From Rhizodiscina lignyota (taxonomy: Eukaryota), in the NCBI GenBank assembly GCA_010015805.1, contig ML978124.1:992001-1056000 (forward strand): a DNA stretch of 64,000 bases. Direction: 5' to 3'. Under the pieces are notes generated by a model. It had not been told where the DNA came from, did not search any database, and saw only the letters and a list, made by a program, of their open reading frames with translations. Position numbers and translations under genes: made by a program. Positions 11,545 through 22,707 of the stretch are shown here, piece after piece (positions within the stretch are counted from its first letter, which is position 1; every line of letters starts with the position of its first letter).

Positions 11545-12267
11545 TTTGGATATTGGCAAAGATGGTCACCTGAAAGTCACTGCCCTCGAGAAGGAGATTT
11601 CGACTCGGCATTGGCCTTATATATTGTTCTTTCTCGGCTCTTGCTACAATTCATCGTGCCGTCTTCTCCGTCCATCTCCTCCAATTCCCTCACCTCTGCC
11701 GTCTGGCAACATGCAGCCGATGGATTTTAATAATATTGAGGCCCATTAGTCGAGCATCGCTAAGGTCAGGAAGCCTTATGATCGAATGAATTGAGCACGC
11801 GTGGGATAGCAATGGAGCATCTTCTGGATAGGCGATCTCGATGTTGCACGGACGGGAAGAGCGGATGAAGTTCTGAACGGGGAGACCATGGATGAAGGGA
11901 TTCAGGTTCGTATATCTCTCAACCGGTGGAATGAAAACAGAAGGTGGATATGCAGAATGATGGAGGGTAAATGTGCATGCTGCAGAGCGATGGAGGTGGT
12001 GTTCGGTCATCGTGGAGCTTCGTGGTTCCTGAATGAAGTTTTGATAGTCGGGCTCGTGCCAGCTTGGCCGGCCTGTGATTGGACAATTAGAACGATCCCG
12101 AGAGCTGACAGGCTCACTTACAAGCTTAAAAAACCTTAAGCTAACTGCTAACCCATACCGCAGCTAATGCTTTAGCTCCCCGTCGCGCGTTTTCGATACT
12201 TCTTCTGCTGCAGTCTGATCAAGCTCGCCGGAAAGTTTTACGTACATGGAGAGCTCTTCGGCGATAG

Positions 12268-12287
12268 CGAATCGTCGCTGTCGTAAT
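12268..12287 (+). promoter_or_regulatory. Candidate CBC:HapX bipartite site (CSAATN12RWT) upstream of CCC1
   Basis: CGAAT cgtcgctgtcgt AAT, about 680 bp upstream of ATG 12967. The motif is short enough to occur by chance. Confidence 0.3.
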
Positions 12288-12966
12288 TGTCAGCTCTACC
12301 AAGCTTTACTCCGGGGAAAGCTAAGCTCCCCAAGCTTCCAGCCTTCTACGGCATACCGAGGCCTTAGGGGCCGCTAAACGTCATTCGAACACTAACCGCA
12401 AGAGGAAGGCATTCATATATTTCTCCTTGCGTTTCTTGCTTCAATCTGATGGATTGCTCTCGTTAGAGAGGGGCCAATACCTCGATGGAGGCATTCTTCT
12501 TGATCTCTCGTACCGTCTTACCATCTCGATAATTGTCATGGAAATCAGGTGTCATAATCCAGCGTACTGACTCGCCGATGGACGTTCGCCGGATGGCTGC
12601 AGGGACACCAGGTTCGTGGGAATGGTGGAGGGTGCATTGCAGCTTGCATCCATCGGCACCCCCACGCTGGACTGTCCTGCATTAGGCAAATAGGATGAAT
12701 GCTACTGGCCTGGATCTGCATGATTTACGAAGAGCTTCCTCAGAGCTATCCAATTCAGCACGTGCTCCATCAAAGGTAGAGTACAACATTTATTATGGTC
12801 TCCTCCGCAACTGATTGCATTGCTCCTCGCGAATATGTCTTCCGAAATCTTTGTCTCCGAGTTTCCAGAGTTCCTTCTCTACCATTCTGAGCTTTGCCGG
12901 CCTTCAAAGAAGAGCCGCAACGAGAAGAAAACATCATACAGCATTGCAAACTCTCTTTCCAGAACA

Positions 12967-13928
12967 ATGTCTCTCGCAGATACTCCAAGTCAATTTCATT
13001 ATGCTCCTGTGTCAATGAGCGACGATGGCATTGACATTGAGAAAGCTCCCATGCTCCGACGATCTGAATCGGAGTCCTCTTCTCTAGACAGCGCTCTGAC
13101 AAAGTACGAGTCTGAGGATCAAACGAAGGAGCGCAAGCGCTTCAGCTTTACACCTGATGCTCGTTTCATTTCAGACGCCATAATTGGACTGTCCGATGGC
13201 CTTACTGTTCCTTTTGCGTTAACTGCGGGCCTCTCTGCTCTCGGGAACACAAATGTGGTCATATACGGAGGATTGGCCGAGTTGACCGCTGGAGCTATTT
13301 CCATGGGGTTGGGCGGTTACCTGGGCGCAAAGAGCGAAGAGTGAGTACTCAGATTTGAATTGGTTTCTTTGTCGATGATTAGCTCTCTGACGTCGCCTTT
13401 CGCAGAGACTCTTACAAGGCCACCGAGAGACAAACATGTGACCTCGTCACATGCGACCCCCAATCAACAACAGACATGATCTCCTCCGTCTTTTCTGAAT
13501 TCGACGTTCCTCAAGCCATCGTAGACGACCTGACTCTTCACCTCTCCAAGTCCCCGCGTCTTCCCGACTTCCTCATGCGATTCCACCACTCACTAGCAGA
13601 GTTACCCAGCTCACGTGCGTTCGTATGCGCGCTCACCATTGGCCTGGCCTACTTCTTTGGTGGACTGGTACCATTGCTGCCATACTTCTTCGTTGCGACG
13701 GAGAGAATAGACATTGCGCTATGGTGCTCCATCGGCACTATGATCGCGGCGCTATTCTTGTTTGGCTACTGCAAGACATGCTTTGTGAGCGGATGGCGAG
13801 GCAGCCGCAACGTGTGGAAAGGGACGATAGGTGGTATCCAGATGGTGGTCGTCGGCAGCGTCGCCGCTGGTTCGGCAATGGGCCTAGTCAAGGCCTTTCA
13901 AGGGCTCGCCACGGATGGCAAGCAATGA
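12967..13928 (+). CDS. CCC1: VIT1/CCC1 vacuolar iron/manganese transporter, 2 exons
   Basis: DAIIGLSDGLTVPFALTAGLS, AELTAGAISMGLGGYL and GGLVPLLPYFF motifs; intron 13341-13405. An alternative in-frame ATG lies at 12835. Confidence 0.93.
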
Positions 13929-14588
13929 AGCGACCATATGAGAGTGAAGGCGACAAAATCAAGTTATGACATAGCTTAGGGAACATGGCGATTACACCGA
14001 CAGGGCGTACTACGGGAACAGGATATATGAGACACGGATAATGACATGGTGGGCGCGCTCCCTTTCGCAACATGTGTGATATGGAATCAATTTCAGATTA
14101 GATCTATCTCAATGACAAAGAAAACATTCATAAAAGTGGTAGGCGGAGTTGTTGGATGTGATATTCCTCGTGGAAGATTGAATATGAATGTGTTCAGGAT
14201 GCAATAACTAGCATGAGAATCCATCCAAAATCTCACACGTGCTGCAGAGAATTTGTTTGTCGGAGGACGCCGGGGAAGATCTCGGGGAGGTACGTGATAA
14301 TTTGCGGAAGTATGATATATCCGCAGAAAGGGGCTGGTTTGAGGCTGACTAACGTTATCACCGACTCCTGTGTGGGTTTGAGCATTGCAAGTAAAGGTGA
14401 CGTCCCAGTGCAATGTCACGAAGGCCAGGAAGATGGCATCGACGTCGGTGTTTGCAGGCAATGATACCTTTCGACTGAGGCCCTCGCCGTGTGCTGGGGA
14501 GCATAAAAGGCTCCACTCTCTGCAGACTCTCTGCATGCAAGACTCGAAGTCATAATTCAAAGAAGTTAAATCAACGAAGAAGCACAAT

Positions 14589-15381
14589 ATGAAAGTTGTG
14601 CTTACAGGCGTCACCGGTCTGGTCGGCAGTGCAACACTAAAGCAATGCATCAAAGACGAGCGTATCACTTCGATCATCGCTTTGTCACGCCGCGAGCTTC
14701 CTCTTGAACTCACCTCTTCCGAAAAGGTCAAAGTCATCATCCATAAGGACTTTTTGCAGTACCCGGATAACCTTTTGGGAGAGCTCCGAGACTCCGAAGC
14801 TTGTCTCTGGTAAGAAGCTTCGAAAAAATCAATGGCACTCACTTACAAACTGAAGGTCAATCGGCGGTCCGGTCGACCAATTTCCAGATGTAGAGACCGC
14901 GAAGAAGGTGCAGATCGACTACACTCTAGCTGCAGCAGAAGCCTTTGCTGCTCGTCTCCTGCCCCAAACGAAGAGCAAGACTTTTCGTTTCGTTCTCTGC
15001 AGCGCTGCTCTTGCAGAGCGAGACGACGCAAAGAAGCTCATTTTTGAAAGTGCGACAAGGCATATCAAGGTGAGATAGCGCCTTCTATCAACCATTGCAC
15101 AGAAAGGTTGACAGACATCCCCGCAGGGCCAAGTTGAGAATGGACTGATCGACATTGCAAAGCGGAACAGCGGCTTCGAAACGTTCATCATGCGACCCGC
15201 AGGAATCCTCCCAGAGCATCCGTCATTATCATACACAATTGCAGGGGCCATCATCCCCTCAGTGAAGGTTACCGAACTCGCTGCAGTCATGATCGATGTT
15301 GCAGTGGAGGGAGCGAAGGAGCAGACTCTTGAAAATGGAGAAATCGCGCGCAGGGGAAAGGCACTGGTGAAGGAGGCATGA
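14589..15381 (+). CDS. NAD(P)-binding Rossmann-fold protein (atypical SDR, NmrA/TIP30-like), 3 exons
   Basis: LTGVTGLVG dinucleotide-binding motif, ALSRR, DYTLAAA and RPAG; introns at about 14810-14855 and 15070-15126. Confidence 0.85.
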
Positions 15382-16212
15382 TTCCGTGTATGGCCCGTCG
15401 GTCAACTCCCGTTCCTGTTTATGAACATTCCCAATGCGAAGTTTGAATGAGACTTGCTGTGGCATGAAGATTATTCCGGTCCTGTACAAATGAAGTGTCG
15501 TCTCTGAGGACTGAGATTTCCTTAGCTCTTCTCTGCCAACTGTTGATATTCCGAGGTAAGTCCGGTTATGGCTAATCCTATCTAATTTAAATGCTACTCG
15601 CCTAAGATTTGGACCTAGTTTTTCGGAGCAGGTCCCTAAGAGTTAGGACTATGCTACACGCCACAGCGCGTTGATTACGGCTTTCAGCGCAATGAGTCTT
15701 CTCACTTTGCGCGCCAGAGGCCATATGAAGATCATTGCTCGGGGAAAAGGTTCAGCTTTGCCCTGCGGATGAACCTGCCATCTTCTCTACGCCAAGAACG
15801 AAAAATAGCACGACTCTTTCTTCGATTTCGTCTTGGCAACAACTTTCGAGCCGTGGCAAGACACGTATAGATTAAGGCACAGAAAGAGCGTTGATGCGAG
15901 GTTGGTGGTTCCTCCGGAAAGCCAGGATCGAAGCCCAAAGCCCAAACAGGCATCCAGGGAAGAAATGATCGTTGATGTTTTTATGGCGGCTTAGTAGTGG
16001 AGGTGGTGTAGATGGTTGATTGAGGCGTTTGACCTGTGAAGAAGCTCGTCTCTCAAACGGTAGCGACGTTACAGGATGGTCCACTGTACTGGATGCATGC
16101 TCCGTGCGGCACCGAGAGTATAGCTCTTCCCATGCTAATAGAACAGGATCGAACCTCCCACTCTCTATTCCCTCACTGCAACATTCCATCAGTCATCGTC
16201 AATCAATGTACC

Positions 16213-17190
16213 ATGATCCCTCTCTCCCAACAAGGTCGTTATTGCTTGCTGGCTTTCCTAGTATGCGGCGCCACTGTATGGCTCGGTCCGCAGTTTGCGT
16301 TAACTGAAGAGGAGGAAACCCAGCCAGCATGGTTTGAGGTACTTGATTGGGGAGTTCGCGCTGTTCACCAGTGGTCGCTGTGCAAGTCAGAATTCAAGGA
16401 CGCAGCTAGGTGTCTTTTCGGGCAGTGTCAAGAGCACGAAGCGAGCAAGAGCTACGCTTGGCTTTTGGCGGTACTTCTTCAGATTCCCAATATGTACGCT
16501 GTATTTGTTCGTCATGGCTGGAGGCATCCGAGTACGTGGGAATGGATACGGCGCGGAATATTCCCAGTCCACATTCGTCTTGCGTTTGTGCTGCTGGTAG
16601 CCTCGAATTGGATCCGGAGCATGATAATGGTATGAATCCTCACTTGGTTTGCACTTAGTGGAAGAAGTTTCTGACAATCTTCCAGCATTCAGAACTCCTT
16701 GCGGCCTCGCTCAAAGCAACACGGTCGTCCTTATCGCGATATGTGCTTGCAGGATTGGCCGTCGGAGTGGAGGTTGCGCTCCTCCCACGTTTTATCCAAC
16801 CCGTTATTCTTGAGTGGTTCTTCCTGCCGGAGGCGATCTTAAACCTCAACGACTGGAGGAACATTGGTTGGATGAATGCCGCCGCTTGCCTTCTTCTACT
16901 GCAGTTGGATTTGCACTTTTGGATTGCTGTAAGCAACTATTCACTTTTCAATTATTAATGCGCTGACATTGACAAAGGTTACTTACGAAGTCGAGCAGTG
17001 CGTCAAGCACTACAGAGACAAGATCTTCGATCAGAAACGCCGTGGCTTTGACTTCCGCTCCACTGCACCCGAAATTGATAGAGCAGAGAAGGAGAAACAA
17101 CCGAGCAATTCAGCATGCGACACAACGAAGAAGGACCAAAGCACTGATGAGCCGGTTCAGTTGCGTAATCCACAGCCCGTAGATAAGTGA
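16213..17190 (+). CDS. Hypothetical membrane protein, 3 exons
   Basis: Introns 16630-16685 (GTATGA..CTGAC..CCAG) and ~16929-16977 (GTAAGC..CTGAC..AAAG) join three ORF fragments in frame; several hydrophobic segments. Start codon uncertain. Confidence 0.55.
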
Positions 17191-17794
17191 CATAGTAAGG
17201 TTGAATTTTCTCAACTCTTTGCGGGTATTGGTAAAAGTGGAGCGTTATGTTATGGCGTGGAAGGCTCAATCCGATTACGGTTGGTGCATACGAAGAGGTA
17301 GAAAAGATAACAAAGTTTAATAAACAGACGTTGAGCTTTTCTATTATATTTAGTGTCCTCGAACGTGCATGTTTTGCACCTTTAGTAGCTTCAATATAAC
17401 AGTTCAATGCTGAGCCGTACTTTTTATGGTGCTCACAGCATTCGACAACACTTCTCCCGAATCCTTTTCGGCTATGGACATATCATTACTTCCGGTTTGG
17501 AAGTGATTGGGAAGTGCCTCGAAAGCATTTCTCGGCGATAATTGAGATGCTCTGCGTGTCTAGTTACAAGTGGTCATAATAGATGCCAAGTGAATAAAAT
17601 ATATTGCATGTGACTGTGGATTTATGTACGATCCCAGCGAATTGGGCGCCAATGAAGTGCTCGGCAACACCGCCACAACTGCGCCCCGCGCTACTCATTT
17701 GCTCTCCCAGTATCTGGTCTGCGCTCAGTTGCATTTTTCTTCTCCTAAAAAGCCAGGCTTCCCTCCCTATCTCAAAGCACTATAGTAGCATTCG

Positions 17795-19018
17795 ATGTCT
17801 GATAAATATCAGCCGCCGGCTGGTCCTCCGCCGTCATGGCGTCACGGCAGAAAGGAGGAAGAATATCCACCCCCACCAGGACCACCACCGTCGAATAGAA
17901 GCCACCAGAGCGAAGGATATGCCCCTCCGTCCGAACCTCCGCCTTCGTGGCACGGGAATCAGAGCTCAGAAGAATCCCAACCACCTCCGGGTCCGCCACC
18001 AGGTTACCACGCAGCTTCAAGCTCTGAATACGCTCCACCACCAGGGCCACCGCCATCAAAGGGGAAAGAGAAGGAAACTGTACCACATGGCGAACAGCCT
18101 CCAGCATACCATGACTGGACTGTAATTCCTGATACGGCATTACTTCCACCACCACCGCAGCTTACGAATGAGCTCTCGCCAACTGCAAATGCCTCTGAAG
18201 CTGAAGGCGAAGCTGCGTATAAATGGGGTCTTCAAAATCCTCTATGGAAAGCCCGGCCACTTCCCCAAGCGCAGCTGAGGGCAATTCATGATCACGCTCA
18301 TACGCTCGTCAAACCGCAAGGGTTTACGGGCGATGTCTTGCCGCAGAGCAATAGAAATCCCGGTACATGGCATGCAAAGTCGCGGTCCGGAACTCGAGAC
18401 TCGTGCTTGCAAACTTCACTGCCTCTGTATTCTGCGCTCAATGATTCACCATTAGAGACAGAGCGCCCAAAGACCATCTACTTCGAGCTGCATGTTCTCG
18501 GCGTGGGAGACTCGCACAATTTTATGCGAGCACGGCGCCAGCAGACCCTCGAAGAAGCAGATGCAGGTATTGCGATCGGGTTCTTCGCTCCACCGTACCC
18601 AGGCTGGCGTCTTCCGGGCTGGCAGCGTGGCAGCTTAGCTGTGCATGGTGACGATGGCCGCCGCTACGTTAATGACACGTTCGGCGGGGTTGACTTCACG
18701 AATGCCTTCAAAGTGGGTGAGACAGTGGGCATTGGGATGACGTGGAAGGCACAGATGTCCGATGCGCCGCCTACGTATGGTGGAGGGCAGAGATCGCCTT
18801 TGGCGGTGGATATATTCTTCACCCGCAATGGACATAGAGATGGAGGCTGGAACCTGCATGAGGAGATGGACGCCGAGAGGAGTGAAGGAGGGACGATGGG
18901 ATTAGATGGCGATTATGATATCTTTGGTGCGGTTGGTATATTTGGAGCTGTGGAGGTGGAAGTGAGGTTCAATCCTGCGGATTGGATGTTCAAGGTACCG
19001 CCTGATAAGAGTTGGTGA
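17795..19018 (+). CDS. SPRY-domain protein with Pro-rich (PPPGPPP) N-terminus
   Basis: YFEL, RLPGWQRGSLAVHGDDGRRY, GETVGIG and FFTRNG SPRY motifs; PPAY/PPTY (PY-like) motifs. Confidence 0.88.
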   Translation: MSDKYQPPAGPPPSWRHGRKEEEYPPPPGPPPSNRSHQSEGYAPPSEPPPSWHGNQSSEESQPPPGPPPGYHAASSSEYAPPPGPPPSKGKEKETVPHGEQPPAYHDWTVIPDTALLPPPPQLTNELSPTANASEAEGEAAYKWGLQNPLWKARPLPQAQLRAIHDHAHTLVKPQGFTGDVLPQSNRNPGTWHAKSRSGTRDSCLQTSLPLYSALNDSPLETERPKTIYFELHVLGVGDSHNFMRARRQQTLEEADAGIAIGFFAPPYPGWRLPGWQRGSLAVHGDDGRRYVNDTFGGVDFTNAFKVGETVGIGMTWKAQMSDAPPTYGGGQRSPLAVDIFFTRNGHRDGGWNLHEEMDAERSEGGTMGLDGDYDIFGAVGIFGAVEVEVRFNPADWMFKVPPDKSW

Positions 19019-19090
19019 GAAAACCAAAGCGATCGACAGTAGAACGTGGTTTCAGATTGCAATGGCGTCGACTTAATTCATGGAATCCTA

Positions 19091-20136
19091 TCAACCCAAG
19101 CCTCTTAATTTTCTCCTTTTCCTCTTCTCCTCAACCCTTCGGACATCTTCAGCAAACTGTCTCTTGAGCTCTCGCGCCTGCTCCTTCTGTTTCTCTCGAA
19201 TTTGGAATCGGTAGAAACCATCCGACACCCTCTTGTTCGCACGGCCTTCCTCTTTCTTCAGAGCCTCAGTTGCCTCTTCTATTCGAGCCGGACCTGTTCG
19301 TCCTCCACGTGTGACCGTGACAAAGCCATCTGCATCGGGAACCGTTCGTGCGCGTTCTCGAGCGCGTAAACGTGCAGACTCTTTCTCCTCAAATGCAGTG
19401 AGGTAAGCTGTTACTGATCTGAGAAGCTCTCTGGAATCCGGATATTTGGCCTTATGGATCCTGCGATATCCTGTATAAACATTGTTAGGCTATCTGTCCC
19501 CGCCCGACTGCAAGTCCAAGACGTACGTTCTAGACCAGTTATCTGTGCACCACTATCCCACTCAATCTTCGCACCACCCTTCTTCTGTGCTAATGAAGCT
19601 GCCTTTCTGCATGCTTCCATAGCCATGTCTGCGCTCGCTTTATCCACAAACACCAAAACCGCATTGGCACCACTCTTCAACGCGTTGAGGTCCTCACCCA
19701 TTTGCGGCAGTCGCGCCTCGGGTGCTTCCAAGTCTGTATCATGGTTTCGTCGCTTGCGCTTCCTCCCGCCTGGCTTCTGTTGTATTGAATCTCCCGCGAG
19801 TGATACTTCTGTTGACGGGTTTGCATCTCTGTGCCTGGCAGTTCTATTAGAAGTATGCCCGTATAAGATGTCCTTCGCATCGAACTCGACTCGCTCGATT
19901 CGCGTTCCGCCTAAATGAGTCGCGAAAAGCTTCCGCAGATTCGATTCATTTGCGTCGGGAGGGACATTGGATACGAAGAGACTGCGCGAAGTATTTGCAT
20001 CTGGGATTTTGGGAGCGTGTGGGCGGATGTAGAGGTAATGCGGCGCGGGTTGCAGTTCAGGGGGAAGAGAAGGAAGGCGAGGTAGAGATAGAGCCACGAT
20101 CGCGAAAGTCGAAAGTGCCGACGAGGAGGGCGCCAT
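19091..20136 (-). CDS. RRP7: Ribosomal RNA-processing protein 7, 2 exons
   Basis: N-terminal HYLYIRPH..RSLFVSNVP. Intron 19471-19526. C-terminal PDADGFVTVTRGGR and FYRFQIRE; stop TGA at 19091-19093. Confidence 0.92.
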
Positions 20137-20217
20137 GTTCAATTCATGGAGGATTGAAGAGCAGAGAGGTGAGAGGATTGAAGGGTGCTGCTGGGCGGAG
20201 AAATTAAAGTGGGGCAG

Positions 20218-20235
20218 CTGATAAGATTATCAGAT
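20218..20235. promoter_or_regulatory. Palindromic double GATA element CTGATAA-GA-TTATCAG upstream of RRP7
   Basis: Perfect 7-bp inverted repeat; the minus strand reads ATCTGATAA at 20227-20235. Confidence 0.45.
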
Positions 20236-20549
20236 TTCGCAGCCACGTGCGGCTCCCCTATGATGACATCCATCCATACTCCACTTAACTCCATAGGTAG
20301 ATCCTAAGTTCAATGCACAAAGGAATGTCCTCAAATGATTCATAATGTTGAATTTGATATTAGCAGACCGCACCTATCGCGGGTCTGCGTGGCACTCAAT
20401 CTATGGAGCCATAGTTGAATGCTTGCCAGCTTCCTCACCGACAACACAAGTCCAGACGTCGGCCTCAATCCCGGAAATATCAGCGGAAATGCACCCGAAA
20501 CTAATAAAGGACTCGAGGCCATTAAGCCTCATCATGTTTAGCGAGTTGG

Positions 20550-21334
20550 TTATCCTGTCCGAGGCTTATAAACGCTGAACTCTAGCCCGCCAGAGTACGG
20601 CAACGTCACGCTTTGGAATGGCCCCTTCTCATCCCTCAAGGCCTTCAGCAAGTCGCTATATCCTTCTGCAGACGAGATCGTATTGTCGGTGACCACAATG
20701 GCACCATCTCTCATCTTCGGCAGAAGCAGTTCCAGCGCCGGCAGTGCCACATATGGCCAGACTAAGTCGATTAGTAGGAGCCTGGCCCCTAACGCATCGA
20801 AAACTCACTGTCAAGTAAAATGAAATGGACCTCTTCGATATCTGTTCGAAGGGTCTGCAACAGGTCTCCGACACGAAGATCAATCACACCCTCCACCTCC
20901 TTTCCAGCCTCAGCCCAATACTTTCTCGCTATGGCAGCTTTGCTCTCTTCCTTTTCGGTCCCAATGACTTTCGCTCTCACATTCCCTCCGGCTTTTCCTT
21001 GCACATTCTCCAGAGCCGCAAGGGCAAGGTAAATCGTGCTGACCCCAAAGCTGGTGCCGATTTCCACGATGTTGGTCGCTCCCGACGAGAGGATGAGGTT
21101 GTAAACAAACAACGATTTGTCTTTGTCGAAGGCGATGAACTTGTCACGCATCAAATTGTCCTGGAGTCTTATGCCTTCGTCTAGATTGACTTTGAGTGCC
21201 TCTCGAACCTGCTTTCTCGCGGAAGCGTCGATGCTTGCTTCTTGATTGGAAGATTCATCGTGCAGTCGATCTAAAAGCGCACAGACTGAAGAGCTGAATG
21301 AACTGGGGTACGAAAGAGGTAGACTTGCAGACAT
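20550..21334 (-). CDS. Class I SAM-dependent O-methyltransferase, 2 exons
   Basis: VEIGTSFGVST SAM-binding motif and LRVGDL. Intron 20762-20808 gives LLDIWPYVALPAL; VVTDN downstream. Confidence 0.9.
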
Positions 21335-21634
21335 ATTGTATTCAATAGGGATGGACTAATGGTTATCTGATCTTGGGGAATTTGAATTGAAGATTAGATA
21401 AGATGGCAATTTCACCTTCCTTTACGAGCTATATATCGCTGATGCTCAATATACAGTTGTATAAGCCGTCGTTGTGAACCGTTCGTCGTGAGTCACGAAT
21501 GCATCGTGCGGAGTCGGATGCTCGGCAAGCAACCGAGTTGTACCCGGGACACTAAGAAGACGGCATAGGACGGGCTACCGTTTAACCAGTCAGAGCGCAT
21601 TCACTTGCTGTTAGTTAAGCCAAATGAATGTCTT

Positions 21635-22707
21635 CTATACATGCTCCTCTATTCCGAACGCCCCTCCTTCCATGATCCCGTGGAGATAGCACTCCTCGAC
21701 GAGCTCAAACAGCTCTCTTCGGGAATCCCTCGGACGAATCAGAAACGGAACTGCAGCTCCCAGAGGGAGGAAGACCAAGTCATCAGTGCGCGCATCAAGA
21801 AGAAATTGACCAACATAACCGGGTCCTCTTGTGAAACACAGCTCACTAGAACCCTGCTTAAATATGCTAGGTTTATTCATCGTTTCAATAACCTGGGTCA
21901 AGTCAATCCACTCTGCTAAACCCTTTAACGGATACGGTGCTTGCCACGATGGATCCAATGCTGGGATGACGGTTGGATATGCTCTGAAAAACGTGCCGTA
22001 GCTCGGCAGCGCTTTGCTCAATGCACCCCTACCCATGTTACAGGTCATCATCTTCCATACTACTGTTTCAATGCTCTCCTGTATAGGGTATTCGGCTCGT
22101 TGAGTATCGTGTAAGAGGTGCCATAGCGCAGTGACGCAGTCGGATATGATAAAGGAGTCCCAAGTGAACTGGAATTGTTCCCTGCCATTCCTTAAGTTAA
22201 TATTATTTGCAAGAAAGAATCTCTTTTGTTCTTTGGACATCTTACGAGAGCTCTCTGGTCACGGTCATGATCAATGGATCCAGCTAGACAAGTGACGTTC
22301 TCCCAAGGCCGGAATTGAATCAACCAGAACTCCTCGAACGATCAAGACGTCTCCTTTGTATCCCGTTAATTAATACAAAGAGCATCAATCCAAAATGTGC
22401 GAACGAGATGGGGATCTCGCAGGCGCTTCAGACATAATTGAGGCTTCTCGCTGTTCCAATGGCCATGGTTCCATGCATATGCGGTCACAGCAGGATCTCC
22501 CCAGGTGTATGACAAGGCTGAATACTTTAGAGTTGATGAAGTAGGAACTTCCAAAATGTCGCATTCGATAGGATCCCCATTTGTTCCAGGCCAAAGGGAC
22601 ACAGCTCAGAAAGTTGAATTGTCCGATGTGAGCGGCACATACTGGTAGAACGCTTCAGGAGGCTTTGACATCGAAGTTGGAAATGTCGCCGACTCGGAAG
22701 GAATCAT
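21635..22707 (-). pseudogene. HET-domain (heterokaryon incompatibility) gene, pseudogenised
   Basis: YSALSYTWG and WIDALCIN HET motifs; C-terminal GYVG..VPFLIRP..ECYLHGIMEG. Stops at 22606-22608 (TGA) and 22366-22368 (TAA), frame discontinuity and missing internal sequence. Confidence 0.85.

Noticed and set aside
14093..14842. 249-aa minus-strand ORF
   Set aside because: Overlaps the Rossmann-fold gene and its promoter in antisense; not protein-like.
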